Assembly (NCBI GenBank): GCA_023230925.1
Contig: JALNWK010000006.1
Span: forward strand, 3,515 to 67,514
Length of the DNA: 64,000 bases
Origin: Limnochordia bacterium
GTDB lineage: Bacteria > Bacillota > Limnochordia > DUMW01
Direction of reading: 5' to 3'
Position numbers and translations under genes: made by a program. The notes under the pieces are model-generated. The model made no database searches. It was not told the origin of the DNA and worked only from the letters and a program-made list of their open reading frames with translations. Shown here in pieces: positions 10,329 to 19,258 of this stretch; position 1 is the first letter of the stretch; every line of letters begins with the position of its first letter.

Positions 10329-11246
10329 TTGGAGCATGCGCTAGCGGTTAAGGGGATCGGTAAAAGCTATGAAAAGCGCCGGGTGGTGGATGATATATCC
10401 TTTGAGGTTTACCCCGGTGAGATCATGGCCTTGCTTGGACCTAACGGAGCAGGGAAGACGACGATCATCCGGATTATCATGGGCATTGTGGGCCCGGATG
10501 AGGGAGACATCGGCTTTAGTTTGGGTTCGGGGGAGCGCTCAAAAACTATTGTGAAGAGCAAGGTTGGATATATGCCCGAGGAACGGGGATTGTATCGGGA
10601 ATCCAAAGTCATGGATGTTTTGGTGTTCTTAGCCGGTTTGAAAGGGGTACCGAAGAACCTAGCAAGGAAGAGGGCACAGAGTTGGTTAGCCCGCTTTGGA
10701 CTTGAGGACTATGCCGATGCCAAGGTACAGGAATTATCCAAGGGTATGGCCCAACGGATCCAGTTTATCGCTACTGTGCTGCATGAACCGAGTTTGGTGG
10801 TACTAGATGAGCCTTTTTCTGGCTTAGATCCCGTGAGCCAGGACATTTTCCTGGAGGAGATCCGGCGCCTAGCCCAAGGGGGTACCGCTGTGCTCCTTTG
10901 CAGTCACCAGATGAACCTGGTGGAGGCGGTAAGTCATCGCATTTTCTTGATTAATCGAGGCCAAAAGGTTCTCTATGGTCCCTTACAGGATATTAAGGCC
11001 CAATATGGGAACTACCGGGTCAATATGGTGATAGAAGGCGATAACAGTCAGTTATTCCGGCATCCTTTGGTAGCGGAGCACGACCAGAAGGATAATCGGT
11101 TGATGTTGTTGCTGCAGGATGGTGTCGAGCCGGCTGAGTTTGTCTCAACTTTGGATCCGGACCTTCCCATTGAGGAGATGTCCATTTCCCGCATTTCCCT
11201 CCACGATATTTTCGTTAGGATCGCCAGTGGGGAGGCGGCAATATGA
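10329..11246 (+). CDS. ABC transporter ATP-binding protein (ABC-2 type)
   Basis: Walker A GPNGAGKTT, signature LSKGMAQR and Walker B VLDEP. Confidence 0.85.
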   Translation: MEHALAVKGIGKSYEKRRVVDDISFEVYPGEIMALLGPNGAGKTTIIRIIMGIVGPDEGDIGFSLGSGERSKTIVKSKVGYMPEERGLYRESKVMDVLVFLAGLKGVPKNLARKRAQSWLARFGLEDYADAKVQELSKGMAQRIQFIATVLHEPSLVVLDEPFSGLDPVSQDIFLEEIRRLAQGGTAVLLCSHQMNLVEAVSHRIFLINRGQKVLYGPLQDIKAQYGNYRVNMVIEGDNSQLFRHPLVAEHDQKDNRLMLLLQDGVEPAEFVSTLDPDLPIEEMSISRISLHDIFVRIASGEAAI

Positions 11247-12427
11247 ACGGTACCCGACAAATCATGATGTGGGAGATCATGCGGAACCTACGGAACAAGC
11301 AGTTTCTACTAGGACTGATTCTCACCCCTTTGATTATCGTTGTCTTTGCTGGGATTCCCCTGCTGATAGAGAAGCTGGAGAAGCCAGAGATCGATACCTA
11401 TGTTGTTTTTGATGAACTAGGCCTTCTCGGTACCCTAGTGCAGTTGACGGAAAGCAGTAACATCGAAGTGAAGGGTTATGACGGGGAGGACTTGGCTGGC
11501 TATGCAGAGGAGATAAAGGCAAAGGGCTATTTTACCCTGACAGAGTCCTTCATCGAGACTGGTAGTGTGACAGTGCATATGGAAAAACCCCAGGGTATCG
11601 AGAAGCTACAAGCTCTATTGACTGCCCTGCTGCAAAATACCCGGATCCAGCAATCCGGAATAGACCCAAACTTGATCCAAAGATTAAGTGCTCCCTGTCA
11701 GGTGATCCCGGCTTATCCTAACGGTGATGCCGCAAAGCAGGCGCGGAACATGCTTGTATCGATGGTGCTTACGATACTGGTCGTTATCTTGATTCTCGCT
11801 ACCGGTGGTATGCTTCTATATAGTGCCCTACAGGAAAAACGGGACCGGATGGCGGAGGTGGTACTATCCTCGATTAGTCCCTTGGAGCTGATGCAGGGAA
11901 AGATCCTTGGCAACTTCGTACTGGGAGTTATTCAGTTTGGTCTATGGTTACTCTTAGGTGTGGGAGTAGCCAAATTTGGCTTCCACTTCCCTGTGGAGGA
12001 GTATATCGTGTGGCAACAGCTTCCAGTACTACTTGTCTTTGGACTGCTTGGTTATCTGCTGTACGCGTCGCTTTTTGTTGGGTTGGGTGCCACCATGGAG
12101 GATGTGCAAAGTGCAGGTAGCCTGCAAGGTCTGGCCTTTGCCTTGCCTAGTATTGGAGCCATCTTTATTGGCCCAGTAATCCAAAATCCCGATGGAATGA
12201 TTGCGACGATAGTAAGCTTGTTTCCCTTTACTAGTCCGTGGATTGTGATGATGCGTTCCGGTTTAACGGTGGTTCCCCTTTGGGAGCTGCTATTAAGTGC
12301 TGGGATTCTGTTGATTACCACCGTGCTCGTGATGTTCGCCGCGGCCAAGATCTTTCGTGTGGGGATGCTTATGTATGGGAAGACCGCCACTCCTAAAGAG
12401 ATCTGGAAGTGGTTTAGATATGAATAG
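11243..12427 (+). CDS. ABC-2 family transporter permease
   Basis: 394 aa with about 6 TM segments. Translationally coupled to the upstream ATPase (ATGA overlap). Confidence 0.7.
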   Translation: MNGTRQIMMWEIMRNLRNKQFLLGLILTPLIIVVFAGIPLLIEKLEKPEIDTYVVFDELGLLGTLVQLTESSNIEVKGYDGEDLAGYAEEIKAKGYFTLTESFIETGSVTVHMEKPQGIEKLQALLTALLQNTRIQQSGIDPNLIQRLSAPCQVIPAYPNGDAAKQARNMLVSMVLTILVVILILATGGMLLYSALQEKRDRMAEVVLSSISPLELMQGKILGNFVLGVIQFGLWLLLGVGVAKFGFHFPVEEYIVWQQLPVLLVFGLLGYLLYASLFVGLGATMEDVQSAGSLQGLAFALPSIGAIFIGPVIQNPDGMIATIVSLFPFTSPWIVMMRSGLTVVPLWELLLSAGILLITTVLVMFAAAKIFRVGMLMYGKTATPKEIWKWFRYE

Positions 12428-12471
12428 ACACAGACTGCCGATACCATGGGGTTTTGCCGGAGTAGTTTTGT

Positions 12472-12500
12472 TTGACAAAACTAGTAGTGTTTGCTAAACT
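12472..12500 (+). promoter_or_regulatory. candidate sigma-A promoter (TTGACA-17-TAAACT) driving the purM leader
   Basis: TTGACA at 12472-12477, a 17-nt spacer, then TAAACT at 12495-12500. It lies upstream of the structured leader. Confidence 0.35.
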
Positions 12501-12544
12501 GAAGGCGCCAAAGCTGGTTAGAATTCCGGCTTCGGGAGAAGAAT

Positions 12545-12690
12545 AACTATGAAAGTGCATCTAGGGTTCCGCCTGTTTTAGGGACTGTGACCGAGTGATG
12601 CAGGCATGCTTTTTTAATGCCACACCTTAGCGGGATAAAAACCCTGGCGGGCAGGTTTCATGGAAATAGACCGTGCCTGCCTTTTTTTAT
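12545..12690 (+). ncRNA. ykkC-family riboswitch-like leader (probably subtype 2 / PRPP class) with an intrinsic terminator expression platform
   Basis: Contains CUAGGGUUCCG (12561-12571), recalled from memory as the ykkC-family hallmark, which needs a covariance-model check. P1 pairs UGCAU with AUGCA. The ACCGAG element and the GGGAUAAAAACCC hairpin are followed by a GGCAGG...CCUGCC stem and a U7 tract. The 3' aptamer strand overlaps the terminator 5' strand. Sits upstream of purMNHD. Confidence 0.45.
12646..12688 (+). terminator. rho-independent terminator (expression platform of the purM leader)
   Basis: GGCGGGCAGG...CCUGCC stem followed by TTTTTTT at 12682-12688. Confidence 0.6.
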
Positions 12691-12822
12691 ATTAATTTTG
12701 CTAAAGGCCAATCCAACATGGTGTTTGGTAGATGCTAGTACTAAGAGTTGCTCCGGGACAACCCCGGTAGCATTCCTTTGTATCACTTAAACTGATTTAC
12801 CCAAGATAATGGAGTGAGGGAT

Positions 12823-13869
12823 ATGAGCAGTATTGACAATTCAAAAAAGCTAACTTACAAAGACTCCGGCGTTGATATCCATGCGGGGTATGAGACGGTA
12901 CGTAGGATCAAGGTCCATGCTAAATCAACCTATGGTCCTGAAGTGCTGAATGACCTTGGCTCCTTTGGTGGTCTGTTTGCCTTTGACCAAGGCAAGTTTG
13001 AGGAGCCTGTATTGGTATCAGGTACCGATGGGGTGGGTACAAAGCTTAAGATTGCTTTTCTCATGGACAAACATGATACCGTGGGTCTTGATCTTGTAGC
13101 CTATTGTGTCAATGACATTATTTGCCATGGGGCCAAGCCGTTGTTTTTTCTCGACTATCTGGCGGTGGGCAAGCTAGCCACCGATACCGCTGAACAGATC
13201 GTCGCTGGCATTGCCGCGGGATGCCGAAAAGCAGGTTGTGCTCTCATCGGTGGGGAGACTGCGGAGATGCCCGGCTTCTATGCCCCAGGGGAATATGATC
13301 TGGCCGGGTTTGCCGTAGGTGTAGTGGATAAGAGTAAGATTATCGATGGCAGTACTGCCGAGCCTGGGGATGTACTTGTTGGCATCGGCTCTACGGGACT
13401 ACAGTCCAGTGGTTTTTCCTTGGTGCGCAAAGCCCTACTAGAAAAGTTCACCGTGGATACCTTCGTACCGGAGTTCGGCAGGAGTTTGGGTGAGGAACTT
13501 CTAGAGCCCACAGGTATTTATGCTAAGCAAATAAATAAGCTAGTGGAGAAATACCCGATTAAGGGTATTGCCAATATTAGTGGGGGTGGGCTTCCGGAAA
13601 ATCTGCCCAGAAGCTTGGCCGATGGGTGTGGGGTGCTCATCAAGAAGGGAAGCTGGCCTGTGTTGCCTGTATTTGATCTGCTACAGCGGGAAGGTAATAT
13701 CGATGAGGATGAGATGTATAACACCTTCAACATGGGTATTGCTATGGTTTTAGTTGTTTCCGGGGAGGACGTGGACTCAGTACAACAGGATCTGAAAAAG
13801 ATGGGCGAGCAGAGCTTTGTCATTGGAGAGGTTGTCCGGGGTGAGAAAACAGTTGCATTCGCCAGATAA
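12823..13869 (+). CDS. purM: phosphoribosylformylglycinamidine cyclo-ligase (AIR synthetase)
   Basis: YKDSGVDI start region and GGLFA..GTDGVGTKL motifs. ATG at 12823 with a GGAG RBS 8 nt upstream. Confidence 0.9.
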   Translation: MSSIDNSKKLTYKDSGVDIHAGYETVRRIKVHAKSTYGPEVLNDLGSFGGLFAFDQGKFEEPVLVSGTDGVGTKLKIAFLMDKHDTVGLDLVAYCVNDIICHGAKPLFFLDYLAVGKLATDTAEQIVAGIAAGCRKAGCALIGGETAEMPGFYAPGEYDLAGFAVGVVDKSKIIDGSTAEPGDVLVGIGSTGLQSSGFSLVRKALLEKFTVDTFVPEFGRSLGEELLEPTGIYAKQINKLVEKYPIKGIANISGGGLPENLPRSLADGCGVLIKKGSWPVLPVFDLLQREGNIDEDEMYNTFNMGIAMVLVVSGEDVDSVQQDLKKMGEQSFVIGEVVRGEKTVAFAR

Positions 13870-13886
13870 TGGAAGGATGAAGTGCA

Positions 13887-14507
13887 TTGCTTAACTTAGG
13901 CATCCTTGCCTCGGGCCGGGGCAGCAACCTGCAAGCCATTATTGATGCCATTGAAACTAGCCAGTTACAAGCGCAGGTTAGCGTAGTGATTAGTGATCGG
14001 ACCGATGCCTTGGCCTTAGAGCGGGCAGAGAAACACGGAGTTGCCACCGAGGTCATCCTCAGGGAAGACTATCCGGACAAGCAGTCTTTTGAAGAAGCAT
14101 TGTATAAGTGTCTGGTGGCTCATAAGGTTGAACTTGTAGTCTTAGCGGGGTATATGCGGTTAGTGTCGGGCTGGTTTTTGGATAGATTCAAATGGCGGGT
14201 GATTAACATTCATCCTTCCCTACTTCCATCCTTTCCGGGGCTAAATGCGCAAAGACAGGCCCTTGAATATGGAGTGCGGGTCTCGGGGTGCACAGTTCAC
14301 TTCGTGGATGAGGGGATGGATTCTGGCCCGATTATCCTGCAGCGGACGGTACCTGTTTTTGACGATGATACGGAGGAGACCCTTTCTACCCGCATCCTTG
14401 AACAAGAGCATATTGCCTATCCGCAGGCAATCCAATTATATGCACAAGGAAGTTTGAACATCGAAGGCAGACGGGTGCGGATCCTAGAGGATCAGGACTC
14501 CCACTAA
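13887..14507 (+). CDS. purN: phosphoribosylglycinamide formyltransferase
   Basis: ILASGRGSNLQAI, the NIHPSLLP motif and HFVDEGMDSGPII. TTG start with a GGAAGGATGAAG RBS. Confidence 0.9.
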   Translation: MLNLGILASGRGSNLQAIIDAIETSQLQAQVSVVISDRTDALALERAEKHGVATEVILREDYPDKQSFEEALYKCLVAHKVELVVLAGYMRLVSGWFLDRFKWRVINIHPSLLPSFPGLNAQRQALEYGVRVSGCTVHFVDEGMDSGPIILQRTVPVFDDDTEETLSTRILEQEHIAYPQAIQLYAQGSLNIEGRRVRILEDQDSH

Positions 14508-14554
14508 AGATACACCTACAAAAGGAGGGAACCGCGGTCATTCGCGGGAGTTAG

Positions 14555-16105
14555 ATGATTAAGATTAGACGAGCTTTGTTAAGCGTCTCAGATAAGACGG
14601 GACTTGCGGAGTTTGGAAGTTCACTGAGCAGACTAGGTGTTGAGCTAATCTCCACCGGTGGTACTCACAAAACACTACAAGATGCTGGTGTTAATGTGGC
14701 ATACGTCTCAGAGGTAACTGGCTTTCCCGAGATCCTGGAAGGACGGGTGAAGTCGCTACACCCTAAGATCCACGCGGGAATCTTGGCCCGCAGGGACAAA
14801 GAAGAGCATCTAAAACAGTTGGATGAGCTAGGCATTGGAACCATTGATCTTGTGGTGGTCAATCTCTATCCCTTTGAAGCGACGGTGGCCAAACCCGATG
14901 TAACCATGGAAGAAGCCATTGAGAACATCGATATTGGGGGGCCAACCCTCATCCGGGCCGCCGCAAAAAATCACGCGGGGGTTGCTGTTGTGGTCGACCC
15001 TAGCGACTACGCCAAGATCATCCAGCTGCTAAAAACCGAAGGAGGACTAACCGACGAGTTTTGCAGGGATCTAGCGCTGAAGGCCTTTAGGCACACGGCC
15101 CGCTATGATGCACTGATCGCCAGATTCTTAGGGCAGGATGCAGCGTTTCCTGAGACCTTGACCCTTCCTTGGGATAAGGTGGCAGACCTGCGTTATGGTG
15201 AGAACCCCCACCAGAAAGCGGCATTCTATCAAGAACCGGGTCATGGACCATATACCCTAGCTGCGGCAAAACAGCTTCATGGGAAAGAGCTGTCCTTTAA
15301 CAATATCAATGACACCAATGGGGCCTTGGAATTACTGAAGGAGTTCACAAATCCCACGGTGGTGGCCAGCAAACATACAAATCCCTGTGGGGTAGCCTCG
15401 GCAGATGATTTGGCCACAGCTTTTCGGTTAGCCTACGAAGGTGATCCGGTGTCCATTTTCGGTGGGATTATTGCTGTTAATCGGGTGGTGGATGCCGAAA
15501 CGGCAAAGCAGATGAGTGAGATCTTCTTAGAAGTTGTCGTCGCCCCAGGCTTCACGGCAGAAGCTTTAGAGATCCTCACCGTGAAGCCCAATATTCGCCT
15601 GCTACAAATTGAGGGATTAGACGAAGCCTGTGGAGCTAAGCAGAAACCTTGGTGGGACTACAAACGGGTGGCCGGGGGGCTTTTGGTACAGGCAGTGGAC
15701 CTTGGAGATTTGGACCCGGACAAACTACAGGTTGTTACTAAAGTGACACCAACCCCACAACAGCTTGAGTCTATGTTATTCGGTTGGAAGGTAGTAAAAC
15801 ATGTAAAGTCCAATGCGATTGTCCTCGCCTCAGGCACACGGACGGTGGGGGTAGGGGCCGGGCAGATGAACCGAATCACCGCTGCAGAGCTTGCCATTGC
15901 GGGGGCCACAGATAAAGCCCAAGGCGGTGTGATTGCTTCCGATGCCTTTTTCCCCTTTGATGATGTGGTAAAGGCCGTGGCTAAGGCGGGCGTCAAAGCG
16001 ATCATCCAGCCCGGTGGTTCGGTGCGGGATCAGGATTCCATTGATGCGGCTAACGAGCACGGTATTGCGATGGTCTTTACAGGAGTTAGGCATTTTAAGC
16101 ACTAA
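14555..16105 (+). CDS. purH: bifunctional AICAR transformylase / IMP cyclohydrolase
   Basis: 516 aa. MGS-like N-terminal domain (RALLSVSDKTGL) plus the AICARFT domain. Confidence 0.9.
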   Translation: MIKIRRALLSVSDKTGLAEFGSSLSRLGVELISTGGTHKTLQDAGVNVAYVSEVTGFPEILEGRVKSLHPKIHAGILARRDKEEHLKQLDELGIGTIDLVVVNLYPFEATVAKPDVTMEEAIENIDIGGPTLIRAAAKNHAGVAVVVDPSDYAKIIQLLKTEGGLTDEFCRDLALKAFRHTARYDALIARFLGQDAAFPETLTLPWDKVADLRYGENPHQKAAFYQEPGHGPYTLAAAKQLHGKELSFNNINDTNGALELLKEFTNPTVVASKHTNPCGVASADDLATAFRLAYEGDPVSIFGGIIAVNRVVDAETAKQMSEIFLEVVVAPGFTAEALEILTVKPNIRLLQIEGLDEACGAKQKPWWDYKRVAGGLLVQAVDLGDLDPDKLQVVTKVTPTPQQLESMLFGWKVVKHVKSNAIVLASGTRTVGVGAGQMNRITAAELAIAGATDKAQGGVIASDAFFPFDDVVKAVAKAGVKAIIQPGGSVRDQDSIDAANEHGIAMVFTGVRHFKH

Positions 16106-16126
16106 TACTGGTGGGAGTGACGGTAA

Positions 16127-17404
16127 TTGAAGGTATTGGTAATCGGCAGTGGTGGCAGGGAGCACGCCTTAGTCTGGGCTATGTCCAAAAGCCCTAAGGT
16201 CAAGACGATTTACTGTTACCCTGGAAATGCCGGAATCGCACATCTAGCAGAGTGTCCAAAACTACCGTCAAGCAAGGTAGGCTCCATTGCTGATTGGGCG
16301 CAGGCTGAGCAGATTGACTTGACCGTTGTGGGACCGGAAGCTTACCTAGCCCAGGGGATCGTGGATGAGTTCGAAGGACGAGGGCTACGCATCTTCGGAC
16401 CAAGTAAGAGAGCTGCCCAACTGGAATCAAGCAAGGTCTTTGCTAAAGAGCTCATGAGAAAATACGGTATTCCCACCGCGGATTACCGGGTTTTTTCGGA
16501 TCTAGAAAAGGCCTTGGATTATGTAACAAGCGCCACCCTGCCTATTGTAATCAAGGCCGATGGTTTAGCTGCTGGAAAGGGTGTAATTGTTGCTGCTACC
16601 CGGGAGGTTGCCCAAGGGGCCCTGCTGGATTTGATGGCGGATAAGGTTTTTGGCCAGGCGGGAGAGCAGGTGGTCATTGAGGAGTTCCTTCAAGGGGAAG
16701 AGGCTAGTCTCCTAGCCTTTACCGATGGTAAGACCATTATTCCCATGGTTTCTGCCCAGGACCATAAGCAGATCTATGAGGGGGGACAAGGTCCCAATAC
16801 TGGGGGCATGGGGGCCTACTCCCCAACACCGGTACTGAACGAGGCCTTGATCCAAGAAGTCTACAACCAGATCCTAGTGCCTACGGTGGCGGGCCTAAGG
16901 AAAGAAGGGATCCTTTATAAAGGAGTTATCTATGCTGGCCTGATGGTCCATCAAGGAAAGGCCAAGGTGGTGGAGTTTAATTGCCGCTTCGGGGATCCCG
17001 AGGCCCAGGTGGTGCTGACGAGATTGCTTACGGATCTAGTTGATGTGATGGATGCGGTAATCGATGAGTGCCTAGAGGAGATTGAGCTTCGCTGGGATCA
17101 GCGGGCTGCGGTTTGTGTTATTCTCGCTTCTGGAGGCTATCCGGGCGAGTATCGGAAGGGATATCCCATCAGTGGACTTGCCGATGTTGAAGGAATGCAG
17201 GATGTATATGTGTTCCACAGCGGTACTAGGTTTGAAGATGAAGACATGGTCACCGATGGGGGGCGGGTCCTCGGGGTAACGGCTTTGGATTTGGATGTGT
17301 CTGAGGCGATCAAAAGGACTTACGCCGCGGTGGAGCAGATCCAGTTTAAGGACGCGTATTACCGCAAAGACATTGCTAGTCGTGCTTTGGAATCTTTGGA
17401 TTAA
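16127..17404 (+). CDS. purD: phosphoribosylamine--glycine ligase
   Basis: MKVLVIGSGGREHAL N-terminus and ATP-grasp motifs. TTG start. Confidence 0.9.
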   Translation: MKVLVIGSGGREHALVWAMSKSPKVKTIYCYPGNAGIAHLAECPKLPSSKVGSIADWAQAEQIDLTVVGPEAYLAQGIVDEFEGRGLRIFGPSKRAAQLESSKVFAKELMRKYGIPTADYRVFSDLEKALDYVTSATLPIVIKADGLAAGKGVIVAATREVAQGALLDLMADKVFGQAGEQVVIEEFLQGEEASLLAFTDGKTIIPMVSAQDHKQIYEGGQGPNTGGMGAYSPTPVLNEALIQEVYNQILVPTVAGLRKEGILYKGVIYAGLMVHQGKAKVVEFNCRFGDPEAQVVLTRLLTDLVDVMDAVIDECLEEIELRWDQRAAVCVILASGGYPGEYRKGYPISGLADVEGMQDVYVFHSGTRFEDEDMVTDGGRVLGVTALDLDVSEAIKRTYAAVEQIQFKDAYYRKDIASRALESLD

Positions 17405-19166
17405 CATTGATTGTACGGTAGTTTTCGTAGATAACAAAGCCTGGCCGTGCACCACTTGGTTTTCTGACGTATTTCACGAAGGTATAGTCCACGGGGATGT
17501 TTTGCCCTTGGCGGGCCTTACTAAAGTACGCGGCGATTTGGGCGGCATATACGAGCACATGTTCCGGGATCTCCGTCAGATCACCCATTTTACGCTCCGC
17601 GCGGATGATCACATGGGATCCTGGAATTTGCTTGGTATGGAGCCAAATATCATGGGGACGGGCCAGCTTTAAAGTTAGCTGGTCATTCTCCTTATTGTTC
17701 CGACCCACCTGGATGAGGACGCTATCTGGTCCCCGGAAGATGAGGGGTTGGGATCTTTTTCCCTCACGGCTCTTCTGGGAGGGTGTGGCAATGTATCCTT
17801 GCTCCATCAACTCGGCCTTAATTCGCTCAAGATCCTCCACTGTCTCTCCAAGTTCAATGTGGGTTTGTACCGTTAGCAGGTAATCTATCTCCTCGCGAAC
17901 ACTCTCTAGGTGTTCCTCGGTGATCTTTCTTCCCCTTTTCGCCTTTTGGTACATGCGGAAGTATTGTTCGGCCATGGCCGCCGGAGTAAACTTTGGATCC
18001 AATTCAATGGCGACTTCCCTTTGATTTGGATCATAATAGTCTGTGACTTTAATTATTGTTTGTCCCCGTTTGACTAGATGCAAATTGGCGGTAAGTAGTT
18101 CCCCTAGTTTACGAAACTCATCGGCATTTTCTGCCCGGGCTAAGGCATCGTTTAGATCAACTACTTTTCGCTGGCAATTTTTCAACTGGTTGGAGATTAC
18201 CGACATCAACTGGGTTTGTAGCTGGGCGCATCTTCTTAGGTCTGCTTTTATCCGGAAATAGTCACTAACTAAGGCACTTGGACTCGTGTATGACTTCTTT
18301 GTTGTATGGGCTAGATGGTGAATTCGTGTTGCCGCGATGTCCAGTGGCTTTCCATCTTGATCCATAATCATTGTGGGGGAGAAGTGGCCCCCCGCTATTG
18401 CTTTTCCGAAAGATTCCAGCTCCTGGTGCAACCGCGTAATCATCGATTCATCAAGGGTATGGGCCGGAAGACTGGGACTAATCTCGCTCCGATAAAGAAT
18501 TTCGGCGATAAGTAAGGGACTCAACCCCAATAATCCTTGCAGGAGCGCGTTATCAATTTGTTTGGAGCTATCTAAGCTGCTAGTTAGCTCCTGCTTACTT
18601 AATGGATAAAAAGGTCTTCTCTTTGCGGCTGGTGGTTGAATATATCGCAGGCCCGGTAGTACCTGCCGGTACCGGCTCATTCGCTCGGTTACGGGCTTTA
18701 AGACTGCCAAGATCTCCCTGGTCCTTGTATCGACCGCAATGAGGTTGCTGTGACGTCCCATGATCTCCGCCACCAGATCGATGGTTCCTTCTTCTGTCTC
18801 GACGCGCAGATGAAAAAGACGATCCCAATCTGGTTGCTTTGTGTCCACTATCTGCCCACCGATAAGTATTTTGCGAAGGGCAAGGCCAAAGGCATAGATC
18901 GACTGTTCAAAGGGCTGTTGGACCAGATGGAGGCGTGCATCAGTTGGTTCTGTGGAGAACAATAGCTGATACTCCTCATCGGGTCGCCGCAGGCCAAGGA
19001 CCACCGTTGTCGGATCCGGTTGATAGATCCTGGCAATGCGCGCTCCTAAAATTGAAGGTGTAATCTCATGGCTAATTGCTGCTAGCATAACTCCATCAAA
19101 GGGCATAGGGATCCTTCCTTGTAGATCAATTATACTATCTAGAATAACATATTTTGCGAAACGCAA
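17376..19166 (-). CDS. fibronectin-binding protein A / NFACT-family ribosome quality control protein (RqcH-like)
   Basis: 596 aa. NFACT-N, coiled-coil middle and NFACT-R/DUF814 C-terminal architecture (HVLV...PGFV). Its 3' end overlaps purD convergently by 29 nt. Confidence 0.75.
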   Translation of the reverse strand: MRFAKYVILDSIIDLQGRIPMPFDGVMLAAISHEITPSILGARIARIYQPDPTTVVLGLRRPDEEYQLLFSTEPTDARLHLVQQPFEQSIYAFGLALRKILIGGQIVDTKQPDWDRLFHLRVETEEGTIDLVAEIMGRHSNLIAVDTRTREILAVLKPVTERMSRYRQVLPGLRYIQPPAAKRRPFYPLSKQELTSSLDSSKQIDNALLQGLLGLSPLLIAEILYRSEISPSLPAHTLDESMITRLHQELESFGKAIAGGHFSPTMIMDQDGKPLDIAATRIHHLAHTTKKSYTSPSALVSDYFRIKADLRRCAQLQTQLMSVISNQLKNCQRKVVDLNDALARAENADEFRKLGELLTANLHLVKRGQTIIKVTDYYDPNQREVAIELDPKFTPAAMAEQYFRMYQKAKRGRKITEEHLESVREEIDYLLTVQTHIELGETVEDLERIKAELMEQGYIATPSQKSREGKRSQPLIFRGPDSVLIQVGRNNKENDQLTLKLARPHDIWLHTKQIPGSHVIIRAERKMGDLTEIPEHVLVYAAQIAAYFSKARQGQNIPVDYTFVKYVRKPSGARPGFVIYENYRTINVNPKIPKHD

Positions 19167-19213
19167 CTAATGGAAAGCGAAAAAACGCGGATGCCTCAGG
19201 GGAGCATAACGCG

Positions 19214-19243
19214 CTACGGGGGCGGTAGAAACCGCCCCCGTAG
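19214..19243 (-). terminator. perfect GC-rich palindrome downstream of the SBP-fusion gene (possible terminator)
   Basis: CTACGGGGGCGG-TAGAAA-CCGCCCCCGTAG, a perfect 12-bp inverted repeat. No clear U-tract follows. Confidence 0.35.
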
Positions 19244-19258
19244 CCATTGGTTCGGAGA

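Noticed and set aside
12545-12650. ZTP (pfl) riboswitch upstream of purM
   Set aside because: GGGACUGUGAC loosely resembles the ZTP GGGUCGUGAC, and CCGCCUG is present. The order is wrong (CCGCCUG precedes rather than follows), and the 3' CCGCCUGGGCA pseudoknot element is missing. The CUAGGGUUCCG motif fits ykkC-family RNAs better.
19167-19258. Palindrome CTACGGGGGCGG...CCGCCCCCGTAG as a regulatory protein operator upstream of the RqcH/FbpA gene
   Set aside because: A single perfect GC-rich hairpin with no repeated half-sites elsewhere. It is more simply a transcript-end hairpin for the convergent or adjacent SBP gene, and is kept only as a low-confidence terminator.
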